From positions 12,152,001 through 12,216,000 of the forward strand of contig JBHGNT010000017.1 in NCBI GenBank assembly GCA_043228905.1: a DNA stretch of 64,000 bases, read 5' to 3'. The DNA is from Azolla caroliniana (lineage: Eukaryota; Plantae; Polypodiophyta). The notes below the pieces were generated by a model, which saw only the letters and a program-made list of their open reading frames with translations, searched no databases and had not been told where the DNA came from. Each line of letters begins with the position of its first letter. The first letter of the stretch is position 1. A program made the translations under genes and the position numbers. Below are positions 14,206 through 26,300 of the stretch, piece after piece.

Positions 14206-14626
14206 TGTTGAGAGACAAGCTCAACATTGGCTGCGTAAATGGGTACATAACCCAGTACGTAGACTGGGTGCGTAAAACCGTACGCAAAATATGGTTGTGG
14301 CGGTATTTAAACCGAAAGGCCATTAGAACAATATTCCTCGTACGGAATAGTTTTGGGAGTTAGTGTAGAAGGCTCATTTATGAGCGGTCAAGTACTGTCA
14401 ACACTTGTGTCAGCCCGATAGTCAAGGCTTGTATAAAAGGTGCTCACTGAGCACAAAATATGTACAGAGAAGATACAGAGAATTATTTTGAATATAGTTT
14501 GTAATTTCTCTCTCTTTGTCTCTCCCTCTCTTTCTTTGTGATTTCTGCGGTTCACCGAACTGTCGTACTACCGAACCATGTACTCTGTGTTTTTATGCAT
14601 ACGCTTCCACACACGTATTATTTCCA
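14206..14626 (+). repeat. 3' LTR of copia element
   Basis: Preceded by PPT TTGAGGGGGAG (14195-14205), followed by TSD CCAGT. Confidence 0.95.
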
Positions 14627-14631
14627 CCAGT

Positions 14632-16502
14632 TGGTTGTAGCCAGCTTGGTTTTGAAAACTCCACAAACATCACGACAGATCTAGCCCATCCCCAAAAGGC
14701 TACGTAAGAAAAACCTTGGCGGTAAACGATTCCCTCTTTCGATTTAATCTCACCCCAACATTTTGTCCCTTATCGACAAGACCTTGAGTCGGATACCAAA
14801 GGACAGATTATTCGCCCGTTGTGTTACCAAAGGACCTGTAACACTTTTGGCATGTCGAGTCGATATGTGAATACATAGAGAACAATAGGGGGATGGATGT
14901 CATCTAGCTGACATGGCAACAAAGAAATGCGGAGACGAAGCAAATCCCACACTTGGGCAGAGTCCCGACACACAGCAGAAGTTGCTACTAGAAGTTCCAC
15001 TACCAGATCACGAAGAAAGTGTGGTCAAATCCACGCTCACCAAACAAGGCCACGCAATGCTGGAAATCCTTTCCATAGAGAAGTATGAAATTGGAGCCAC
15101 CAGCGGCAGTAGTTCAGAGGTCGATTACAACAGTGACCACCCTAACCATGTTAACAACCCTACTAGGGATACATTCGACATCCATGACTCCAACACAATG
15201 TCGTAGCCCTATCCCAGATACAATGATGAAGCGGATACAGAGACCCATGTACGTGCCTTCCTGATGAACTGGCAGGCCAAGCACATGTCCCAAAGCCTGG
15301 TAGTACCCAACACAAATGTGTCAAAAATAGCCAAGTTCGGGTTAACCCCTGGACGGGTAGGCAACGACTTGGTATTCGCAACAAGACCTGGCAAAATTCC
15401 CGCATTATGAACATTTGAAGGACAAGTTCCTCCGACTGTTCCATCGCCAGATTCCCCAACGCGAGCTGATGAGTCGGTTTTTCGCTATAATTTGCGAAGA
15501 CACCCACAAAACCGTTCCGCAATTCGTTAACCGCTTCTAAAGCTACTAGTGACAACTGACATGGCCAGCCCTAACGGACAAGCTTAAGGAAACATTTTTG
15601 TCGGCCCTTCACAAGGCCCTACGGACTACCTTACCAGTGGTTGATTTCGGAGGAAAAACACTAGAAGAAGTCATCAATCACATACTAATTATGGATAGTG
15701 CGTAGACTAGTGGAAGTATGTCCATGACAACACTTCAACGAACCTTGCCTAAAGACGACGAAGTGCGCTTCCGTCAAGTAGTCCAATGTGCGACATGCCT
15801 TAACCCTAGTAATTCGGCTGTTGAATGTACTTTGCGGTTGCACTGCCCCAATCTACCACTCATGAATAGACCTACGGAACCAACTTGACAAGTGGAACCA
15901 CAACACAACCGTCGGTAGCCGGATGATCGATTTCGGCAAATGGGTCGATATAGGGACAAGGAGTGTCCCTGTTATAATGAAAGACCATGGCATGAATAGG
16001 AGAGGTATTAGGAGGACGACTACATACGAGAAGATGTCTTCAAACGAGTGAGCCAGTATGACAATGATTACGTACCTCGTTATGGCCATCGTCTACCAAC
16101 GAAAAACAGGGGTGGTCATGCCATACCGAGGAAACTATGGGGACAATCAATGACCCCAACATCTTCGACAAATGGATGATAACCACACCAATGACAGACG
16201 ATTACCACCAAATAACAATCAGCGGGATAATCAATGAAAACCTCATTATACGAGGCAATATCCATACGAACCTCGACCCCGGAACAAACGTGAACGAAAA
16301 ACAGAGCATGCATCCTAGATAGTCGTCGAATGAGGCAAATCTAGCTTACATTGCTTTACCTGCCATCAACCCGTCCATTACGCCACACAATGCCCTCAGT
16401 GAGATAAGGGCAAGTAGCCAGCTCTAAATACCATCACGACCGAAATCCAGCAGGTCACCATTTGCAGCAAAACCAAGGCATGAAAATGGGAAGCTCAAGA
16501 AG
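14632..16502 (+). pseudogene. Older gypsy 5' leader and gag remnant (host of the copia insertion)
   Basis: Cys/His-rich segment and VTICSKTKA*KWEAQ resemble the gag at 36.7-37.9 kb (VTTRSKGKQSEWEVQ); possible LTR end TATCACG at 1971-1977 just before the copia TSD. Confidence 0.6.
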
Positions 16503-17950
16503 TATTAAGCAAGCAAGATCAACAGGATCCGGATCGGTATCCAGAACGGAGAACCGGATAGATACCCAGATTCGTGTCTAGAATAGTGAGAACCGGTAGG
16601 CCGTTGGAGTCTATGGCCCGAGCCTATTATGTAGGCATATTCCTTGTAGTTAGTTTTAATCCCTCGTATGAGCATTGAAGTACTTATTAGTACTTCTATT
16701 AGTCCCTTTACGAACTTTTATAAAAAGTGTTCTGTAGGACACTGTATGTACAGAGTGTTATTTTTTAATCCAGTTTACTGTTCTGCTTTCTTTGTCTCTC
16801 TCGTGTACTGTGTATTCTTAAGCTTCCATTAAACCTTCATTTTTGTTTTACTATTGTTATACGGCTGAGCCAATTTATCTAAGCTTCCACATATTAACTT
16901 TTACATGGTATTAGAGCGCGAGAGTTGAGAATCCTCTACTGCCGACGAGTGGCGCTGACAGAAAAACCCTAACACCCGGTAAAGAATAGGAAGGAGAGAA
17001 TTGACTGAGGAAACAAATCCAACTATGCTTCTTGGTCGTGCAAGATGCACTAGTAGCTGCTCGAGCATGGCTATTGGAGTTATGTCGACGGAGCTAACGA
17101 TACGGCACTTGATGTGGCACATAGGGACTTCCTCACTTGGGAACAACCGGCAAGCAGGGTAATTTACTGCTTCGCGTTTAGTGTCAGTGATCAGATGCTC
17201 AACCATATTCGGGACACCAAGACGCCAAAGGAAGCTTGGGGAAACCTGAAAAAGATCTTCGCCACAAGCATCACGGCCCGGAAGCTGCAACTCCGACAGG
17301 AGTTGAGCAATGTCTGGCAGAAGGACATGGCAGTGGCCGACTACATGCCCCAAATCAAAGACATATGCGATTCACTTGCCTCCATCAATGTGATCGTCGA
17401 GGAGGATGGGATGGTGCAGGTTTTCCTCGGGGGCTTGGCGTCGAAGTTCGGAGCATTCCAACCTGCAGTATGTACAAGGGAGAATACACCCTCTTTTTTC
17501 GACTTATAGCCGATGCTCCTTGTAGAGGAGAACCATGCAGTTGCTTTGACGAGCACGCAAACCGACAACAAGATGTTGTACACAGAGGAAGAAAGGTCCC
17601 GTGGTTGTGGCGGAGGAGGCAGCCAAAAAGAGCAGAATCGGAGGCACAAAGTTGGTGCCAACAACAATTCTAGATCCTCTGGAAGCAGGAGGAGTCATGT
17701 CGTCAGAGCCGGAAACCGGAAAGACGCGGAAGAAGAGAGTTGATTCAGACAAAGTTGTATCGAGCCAGAAAGACGCGGACAGGCGTCATCGATCGCATTT
17801 TGCTGGAGGCTTGAAGAGAGCCCAATCAAGACTGGTCCTCATAATGAAGCATAAGGCCAACCAGATGGGAGTATCTGACACGAAGTCGGAAGAAGTTTGG
17901 TATGTGGACTCCGGAGCTTCAAACCACATGACGAACAACAAAGAGTGGTA
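16503..17950 (+). mobile_element. 3'-truncated copia (LTR 16503-16905, PBS 16906-16917, gag to start of protease)
   Basis: TGGTATTAGAGC; gag homologous to 2512-3666; WYVDSGASNHMT. Confidence 0.85.
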
Positions 17951-18689
17951 ACACCGGGACATTTGAAACAAGTAATATGCCGCATTCCTTTATTGATAAA
18001 TACGTGAGATGTCGAATCTAGCACGCATGCACACACAATTTTTAAAAAGATCGCTTAAAAAGGCAGTTAATATTTTTAAGATTAAAAATTTAATCGATAT
18101 TTTCTAAATTCATACACAAATTTATCGTAATCTTAGATAAGATGACGGGAATGCATCCAACTATAATTGTAATATGCTTCATTGTACATAATGTGTAATT
18201 CGAATCCAACATAACAAATTTAGAAATGCAATTTTGTTACTATATTTGTCTCAAAATCTTATAAAGATTGCTAAGTAGAAAACTTTCATAAACGAATATC
18301 TCACGATATACCACGCAGGCCCAAAAACCACTACGAACATTATATGCCAATCATACATGAACAACATGAATGTATTATCATGTGAGCAATGACGTTGACT
18401 TAATATTATTGTGTTTACTCGAAACTAAATTACCAAGATTAAAGACAACATAAATCTTAGAATAAAGACTAAATCCATTTATATTAATCAAGAAAGAATT
18501 ATAACCAACATTTGACAAAAAACCGATAATTGAAAATCATCTATTCAATGGAAATTATACTTAACCACATACTTTACAAGTCAACCCTTGTAAACATATG
18601 ATAGACACATAAGAAATTATACTCAAACGAAAAGTTCTTATATTTCAAACCAATTTTTCAGCTACAAATACAAAGTATTATACAATTCA

Positions 18690-21600
18690 CTCCATTAGGA
18701 GGTCTACAACATGTTGGTCTCCAAGATCAGCTGATAGTTGTGTCGTATCCACTTGTTCCGTCTACTCAGCTAAATCTTGTCTTTGTTCAAACTTTAGTAC
18801 ATCTTTGAGGTCGACCAGCTCCCCTCCTTCTTCATCTATAGGTTCCATCAGTTCCTTGGAGGTCAACTGAAATTTATATGCTTTGCCCGAACCTGTTGGT
18901 CCTGGTTGGGACAATCCCAGATACCTTGGATCCTCATTTTAATAAAATTTACTTGGGAGGGGTCCTTCTCCAAGGCGGCGCAGTTCCTAAACAATTTGAG
19001 AGCGCACACAGTCGTTTTTCCTGAATAAACAATCAAAGGCGCAGAAGTAAGAAAACAATGACGAGAAAATCTAATTTATTTTAAGATTGATTGATCACAC
19101 TTATGAGAATACATGTTCTAGAGAGTAAGTCGAGCACCCAATCATCAGGGATGGAGAACAACTCGACCAATCGATTAATTAATTGTTGGGGCTTTTGATA
19201 TGGGTTTACTAGACACGTCGCAAAAAACGTGGCACAATTTCTTTGTTATTGTTGGGCACATGATATAATTGACGACATTCCGCTCATTCACATGTGCCCG
19301 AACCATCTTCTTAGAAATAACATCATAGTATCCCACACACATACGCTCCACAATGCTCACCATTCGATCGCTCAGGGTACGAGTTATGTTCGTTTTAACC
19401 CTATTTGTAATGGAATGAAAACAAATCAATATCTATGTAGTAAGTACAATAGAAGGCATATATTAAATCTTACCAACTGAAATCTTACCTCTCGACGTCA
19501 GTGCAGTATTGACCAATAAAGCCTGACCCATATGATGGAATATTACTATTCACCATAATGGAGCCAGGGTCAACTCCTCAAAGTCTTTCACCATCTTTTC
19601 TATTTGCGAATATTTATATGGTACATCGCCGTATGTGGACCCTGTTATTCGAAACCCATATGGTATGTCCATGACGAGCCACGTATAATGCCTCTTGGGT
19701 AATATGTCAAGCATATTACACACATCACCATTATATACACTATAATACAATTGTTGGAAAGGATCAACCTTGTGCAATTTTTTTTTACTGTGTCTAAGTC
19801 TTTGGGCACCTCTAACTCTTTTCCTTTCGTCATTCGCTTTTCGTACTTGGCTCGTTCCAAATGGGTGATGAATGCACTTGGAATGCCTTCATTACTGTCA
19901 CCCACATTTTTTGAGCGAGGTGGTTTCTACAATTATAAGATTTATAAGAAAATGCGCATCATCTTAATATGAACTATATATGATCTAAATACATTTACCC
20001 ATTCTCTAAATACGATGAAAAATTCTTCAACAGCCTGATACGATGATGTTTTTGGGCATGACTGCTCCACTTCTTCCCACGTAGGCAGGGACAACTTTTT
20101 CATCATCAGCTCTTATGTCTTCAAATAAACCTTATGGCCCTTCCAAACATTACACGTTAAGTTTCGAATAAAAAGCAAATTAACAAAGCAATCCAATGAA
20201 AAACAATCATCACATAGAATACTCACTTTTGAAACTTTGTGACCATTTCATCTAAGCTGAACTCCTTGGGAGCCACTCTTGAGAAAATGGATATTAATAA
20301 TTTGTCATCTTTTATCCCTTGCAATGACTACCAAGAAAGCAACTTCATGTCCTCAGCTAATTCTTCTATCATGACCATGCATAGTTTATCCCTATCCATT
20401 CAGTTCATTTCAGTGACAACATTCCTACATTTACTCTCTCGTACCGGCGGGTGCAATTACCATGTCATCAACCGATTAGAATTCTAATATCATCTCTTTT
20501 GACCCTGCTCGGGGAGGTTATCTAGAGGTTCATACTTTTATTCCTTCAGGACTTGGTATCATTAGTTATATCGTCTTTTATGTGACTAGGCTTTATCTCC
20601 ACTTGAGGGTTCAACTTAGCCTTCTTTGATCGTTGGCCCTTCATCTCTTTTCTCTCCCACATACTGAAAATTCCATCTTGGAGGTCCCACACCTCCCCTG
20701 TTCTGAGCAAGTTGAAACCATGAGTCGTACTTCCTCAAGCCTTCACAATTTGTGCTTTCGTCAACTGTTATCCCCACTTCAAGCAGACATTGTCATCGCA
20801 ATCCAGGATGTAGCCTAGGACCAAAATTTTGCAAAGCATCAAGGTACTCGTGATGAAAGAACCTGATGCGCTCTATACATGACATCATCTTTCTATAGTC
20901 GTTATCATTATTGTGGTTCCAAGCTAGCAACTTGGCTTCTTCATGTGTAAGCCCAACATACACTTTACATTCTGCATATTTGAAGAACGGGGTAAGAGGA
21001 TACTCCTTGACAAGTTGACATCGGGCTTCAACAGAGTGGGATCCTCCAATCATGTAGTATGTGTAATCATCAACCGAGCTATACTTGAAGTCAACTACAG
21101 TTGGGCATTGATATGGGTTTACCATTACTAAGAATGGCACTACAGTAGCATGTGGATTTATCTTCATTTTGCTTTTCAAATTCTGCACATTTTGCTTTTC
21201 AAATTCTACACATGCACTAAATGTGGCTCTCTTATCTCTAGAGGTCGTCGTCTTGTTTCTGGATCAATTGGTGGCCTATGAATAGAACAAATCGGTAAAT
21301 GAAATAGTTGTCCCTTATGGACAAGCTTCGTCTTTACAATATTTTCTCGAATCTGATTTTGCTCTGAGGTGAGGATTTCTGAGGCAATCTGGCAACCTGG
21401 AGGAATTACTTCAAGTTGTGTATCTTCCTCCTCATCTTCAACAAACTCAAGTACTTCGGGCTCGTCCTCCTTAGGATGCTACCATTTCTTGTACTTATTG
21501 TGCTCTGCTTTTCCTTTTTTGGCAGACTTTGGTGGGGTGCATGCTTGCGCGACCATGAGTTCTCCTCTGATATACGGGCGCAACGCAACAATCAAAAAAA

Positions 21601-21800
21601 ATTTTATTTGTACATCTTTCTTTGAGGTTTCGGGGTGCCAGGAGTCTATTATAAAATTTCCTTCATCAACCCGGACTCTTCGTATCCCCATGGAGCTATC
21701 AACATAGAAAAGCAGGTTCGATGAGTCATTGTCCTCATATTCAACGTTCTTTATTTGCCCGTTGAAAGCCACCCTCTTTCAACGGAAACTCGATGCAGTG
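18690..21800 (-). pseudogene. Spliced gene: ParB/Srx-like domain fused to a beta-class N6-adenine/N4-cytosine DNA methyltransferase (decayed)
   Basis: ParB-like VQNLKSKMKINPHATVVPFLVMV..YYMIGGSHSVEARCQL..LTHEEAKLLAWNHN; MTase YNGDVCNMLDILP..LVMDIPYG (DIPY 19658-19669), NPYQKPQQLINRLVELFSIPDDWVLDLLSRT, then next exon (G)KTTVCALKLFRNCAALEKDP; GT-AG introns; stops and frameshifts. Confidence 0.8.
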
Positions 21801-21838
21801 CATCGAGTTCTTCGGTGCAAAAAATGAACAAAAATAAA

Positions 21839-22362
21839 ATGGAATCTTTAGAGAATCTTAAAAACAGTTAAAAGAAGATACTTGTGAATTTTCTTTCCCT
21901 TGTTCATGTTGTTGATGTCGACTCGAGTTGATTGGGGAGGGAAAGGCAAACTTGAGAGGGTTACGATAGAAGTATTTGTCACTTAATGGCGACAAACACC
22001 ATACTTTCTGGATTTCACATATGCAACTTGTCAAGGACCACACAACAGTTTCAAGTTCTTTGCATGTGGAATATTACCTTTCACTCAGCATGAAGAGTTG
22101 TCGAGTAGCTTTTAAGATTGCTTATAGCATTGGTAACATGAGGCTGTAGAGAATTCAACATCGATTAGTAAAGGTCTTGTGGGTACCTTTCAACAATAAA
22201 GATTCTGGATGTAAGGGTCTAATTGGACGACATGCTATTAGATGGATGGAGATATATTTCTCGAAGCAATGTGATGTTATGCCCACCATTGGAAGATTAC
22301 ATTTGTCGGATAACTTCACTCATCGTGAGGTATACCAAGTGTATAAGGATGACATGTTATTA
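21839..22362 (+). pseudogene. Sola1/DUF7869-like DDD transposase, N-terminal part
   Basis: Cys-rich start; SCRVAFKIAYSIG; WMEIYFSKQCDVMP..LHLSDNFTHREVYQVYKDDMLL joins in frame to ESVPYIQYRHF at 34700. Confidence 0.75.
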
Positions 22363-22682
22363 GGGTCGAAGCATGCTACGGTGTACCAACTTTTGGCCAA
22401 AACTTTAGTACTAAATCGAAAAAGAAAATAAACATTAAAAATTGTAAATAAATTTCAAAAAACAAAAAACAAATTCATTACGTCACACTCGAATGCACAA
22501 AGATATTATACGTCACACTCGAAATGTCCCTAGGCCATATTTGATACATTAATTGTTGCCCCAGTCTCCTAGGTAGAGTTGTACGAAAGCACACCTGGAG
22601 AAGGTATCCATTGTGACAGTTGGTCAGTCACAGTATTTCTCTCTCTCTCTCTCTGGTATGGGTAGTCGAACGTGTCAGTTGG

Positions 22683-22686
<4 letters not shown>

Positions 22687-22720
<34 letters not shown>
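22687..22720. repeat. (CT)n microsatellite
   Basis: Direct reading. Confidence 0.95.
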
Positions 22721-22722
<2 letters not shown>

Positions 22723-23388
22723 GTCTCGAAGTTGTCAGACAAACAGTGGCAGAAAGTTAAAGATAGACGACATATCTATTACAGGTCTATCTCTCTCTTT
22801 CTCTCTCTCACTCCACCTTCGAAGCTCTCTTTCTTTCTTTCTTTCTGTTTCTCTCTCTCACTCCACCTTCGATTCTCTGTTTCCCCGCGTAGCTGTTCTT
22901 GTGTTCCCCTCTGTGCCAGGTTCGATCTCTGAACTCTGTTCTTGTTTCCCCTGCTCGTTGTATGTGCTGTTGATTTTCCTTCCTTGTGTATGCTCGTTTG
23001 TCTCCTCTGCAGCAGCCTCGTCAACAACCTCTTGCATATAGGTGATTTTGAAGGCTTGGTGTGCTCCCAAGGTGTCGAAATCAACACGGTGTGGTACCTC
23101 TGCAAGTTGTACGACCTCCAGGTATTCTTTGTGTTGCATGCCCAACTGGTATGTTTTCTTTTTCTAAATGTTTCCTATCTGTCTGTTTTTTATTTGCATG
23201 TGTATGGCCATTTTTAGGTTTTGATTATTCATAGTCTATGTGTTGCATGCCCAACTGGTATGTTTTTGTTTTCTCTGTGTTTCTCTGTGTTTCTTTTAAA
23301 AATGTATGACAATATTTTGATCGAGGTGGTTGTGTGTTAGACATGTTTGTACATGCAATGTAAATGGAGTTGGTTATGATGAGTTGCT

Positions 23389-26300
23389 ATGTTTTCTTCT
23401 AAGTACATGCATATTCATTCCCTGAGAATTGTGTTGACTAGGACAATGACGAGGAGGACACCCATAAAGAAGACATTTATGAAAGAGAAAGTGAAGACAC
23501 CAATGAAGGAAGGAAGAAGGACACCCATGAAAGAAAGCAAGAAGACACCCACAAGAGAAAGGGTGATGAATTCATCAACACAGAGAAAGAAGATGTACCA
23601 CTCCATCAGTCGAGACACACCTCTTGGATGGAATTATTTCCTTCGAGCACGACCTGACGTTTATCCAGAGCTGAGAGAGTGGTTGTTAAAAACCTGGGGG
23701 TCAGCACATCCCAACACAAGGCGAGGATTCCACATAAGTGGTTTGAAGAGGGAATACATGAATTTATTGAAGACGAGATACGAACATGTTTATGATACAA
23801 ATCAAATCACTAACAATGAGGTGGGTACTGTTTTTGCACGTGCTTTTGCATGTGAAGTTCAAGGTGGCATTGACGTAAATTGGGAAGATTTTAATCGGCA
23901 CCGGTCAAAACATTACAAAGGGTCCTCCAGTACCAACACTGGCTTGAAGTCATCTGGAACCTCTCATGTGGATATTCCAGCTACAACACCTGTCCACCAA
24001 GTTCTAGAGGCAAAGGTACGGGCCACAATGACTGAAAAGCATGAACAGATGATGGCCGGTTGCATAGCTTCTATGAGCTCAAGAATACAAGCACTACTTG
24101 CTGATTTGGAAGCAGTTAAATCAGCTGAGATACAGGCAGAAAAGAAACTTTCTTCAATAAAAACTACATATGAATGGATTGCATCGACAATCCAAAATTC
24201 AGAAAGTGAGGTGTTGAAAGAGGAGTTGAAGAAAGAGCTGAACAATATGGGCACTCAATTAGGTTCACAGATGAGAGACCTTGATACTTGCAGGAATGCA
24301 CATGAAGAAATAGATAATAAGTTGTCAGCCTTAAAGTTGCATTCTGAGAACCTTGTATGCTTGATGCAGGATTTAAAACAAAATGGTTTTGATACTTTGT
24401 GTCCATCTGTAATTGAGCACCCAAGTGGTATAGAAAGTACCATTACTAGTATAGCTATATCACGGTAGTGGCTTTAAAAGTTATTTATTTCTACTTCTCT
24501 AGTATAAATAAGTGAGCAGCTAATATATTATAACTTGTGTTTGCAATCTTCCAGGTGTATATTTTGTGGCATCGAATTCAAGCTGGAGGCTATGGATGTT
24601 GTGATTACACCATGCTTGCACACATATCATGTGCTATGTGCTAAGTATCATTTTGAGAAAGAGAATACATGTATGGACTGTAAAACTACAATTGCGGCTG
24701 AGTGGTACTATGCTTGGGGTTTAAAAGTACACCCGTACGGTATGTGTCTCTACTATTCTATTGTTCGTATTATATGATGTCAATTAACATTTGGACTAGA
24801 ACTAGTAGTACTAAAAGGGAACCAGGTACAACATCGTCCAATCTATATTGCAACTTGCCTAGTATTAGTTTAGTAAACACTATACTTATAGTACACTGTT
24901 GACTGTTAGTATTGTTTGTGTAACTTGGGAATTAGTACTAGTAAGGTAATTTGGGAACAAGGTGTATAGTAAATTGCTGAATAATAGTACAGTTATTGTA
25001 ATTTGGAAATGAGGTGTGTCAAACACATATTACGTTTAGTACTAATACTGTTCAAGATTAATACTGTTGGTGTAATTAGTACAAGTTATGTAACTAGGTG
25101 TGTAGAACACATATCATGTTTAGTATTACTTGTGTGCAAAATACCAATCTACATTTGTTGGATTAGTACTTAGTAAGTACTACATGGTTCATGATTAGTA
25201 CTAGTTCTGTACTTTGTGAACTAAGTTACTAGTACATTGCTCATGATTAATACTAGTTTTGTAATTCGGGAACTAAGTAGTACTTTGTTCCTTATTAGTA
25301 CTAGTTTTGTACCTTATCAGTACTAGATTAGTAATCTTGAAAATAAGTGAGTAGTACATTTTGTAGGATTAGTACTAATTGTGTAATTTGACTAAGTCAG
25401 TGGTACATTGTTGAGTAGTACATTGTTCAGGATTAGTACTAATTGTGTCATTTGACTAAGTCAGTGGTACATTGTTCGGGATTAGTACTCCTTGTGTAAT
25501 TTGGTAACTAAGTGAGTAGTATATTGTGCATGATTAGTACTACTTGTGTAAATTGGGAACTAAGTGAGCATTACATTGTTCGGGATTAGTACTCCTTATG
25601 TAATTTGGTAACTAAGTGAGTAGTATATTGTGCATGATTAGTACTACTTGTGTAAATTGGGAACTAAGTGAGCATTACATTGTTCGGGATTAGTACTCCT
25701 TGTGTAATTTGGTAACTAAGTGAGTAGTATATTGTGCATGATTAGTACTACTTGTGTAAATTGGGAACTAAGTGAGCATTACATTGTTCGGGATTAGTAC
25801 TCCTTGTGTAATTTGGTAACTAAGTGAGTAGTATATTGTGCATGATTAGTACTACTTGTGTAAATTGGGAACTAAGTGAGTAGTACATTGTTCGGGATTA
25901 GTACTCCTTGTGTAATTTGGTATCTAAGTGAGTAGTATATTGTGCATGATTAGTACTACTTGTGTAAATTGGGAACTAAGTGAGCAGTACATTGTTCGGG
26001 ATTAGCACTAGTTCAGTGATTTAGGAAATAAGTGAGTAGTACATTGTTCAAGATTAGTACTACTTATTAATTTGACTAAGTCAGTGGTACATTTTTCGGG
26101 ATTAGTACTTGTGTAATTTGGTAACTAAGTGAGTAGTATATTGTGCATGATTAGTACTACTTGTGTATATTGTGCATGATTAGTACTAATCGTGTATATT
26201 GGGAACTAAGTGAGCAGTACTTTGTTCCTTATTAGTACCAGTTCAGTAATTTAGGAAACAAGTGAGTAGTACATTGTTCAAGATTAGTACTACTTTTTAA

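Larger units (their letters stand above)
1987..14626 (+). mobile_element. Full-length decayed Ty1/copia LTR retrotransposon (possibly Bryco-like), interrupted by a nested gypsy
   Basis: LTRs 1987-2408 and 14206-14626; 5-bp TSD CCAGT at 1982-1986 and 14627-14631; PBS TGGTATCAGAGC; PPT before 3' LTR; gag-PR-INT-RT-RH order. Confidence 0.95.

Noticed and set aside
17951-17990. Left TIR of the methyltransferase-bearing element paired with ~36620-36652
   Set aside because: Only patchy similarity (CGGG..ACATNTGAAA) and no TSD; both flanking retroelements look deletion-truncated
18690-21800. Bacterial restriction-modification or prophage contamination
   Set aside because: The gene has GT-AG introns, decays like its neighbours, is contiguous with plant retroelements, and has no nuclease partner or operon
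22613-23217. ORFs near the left end of the Sola2 element
   Set aside because: Dominated by CT microsatellite and low-complexity sequence; may include a 5' exon of the cargo gene but are not supportable as separate genes
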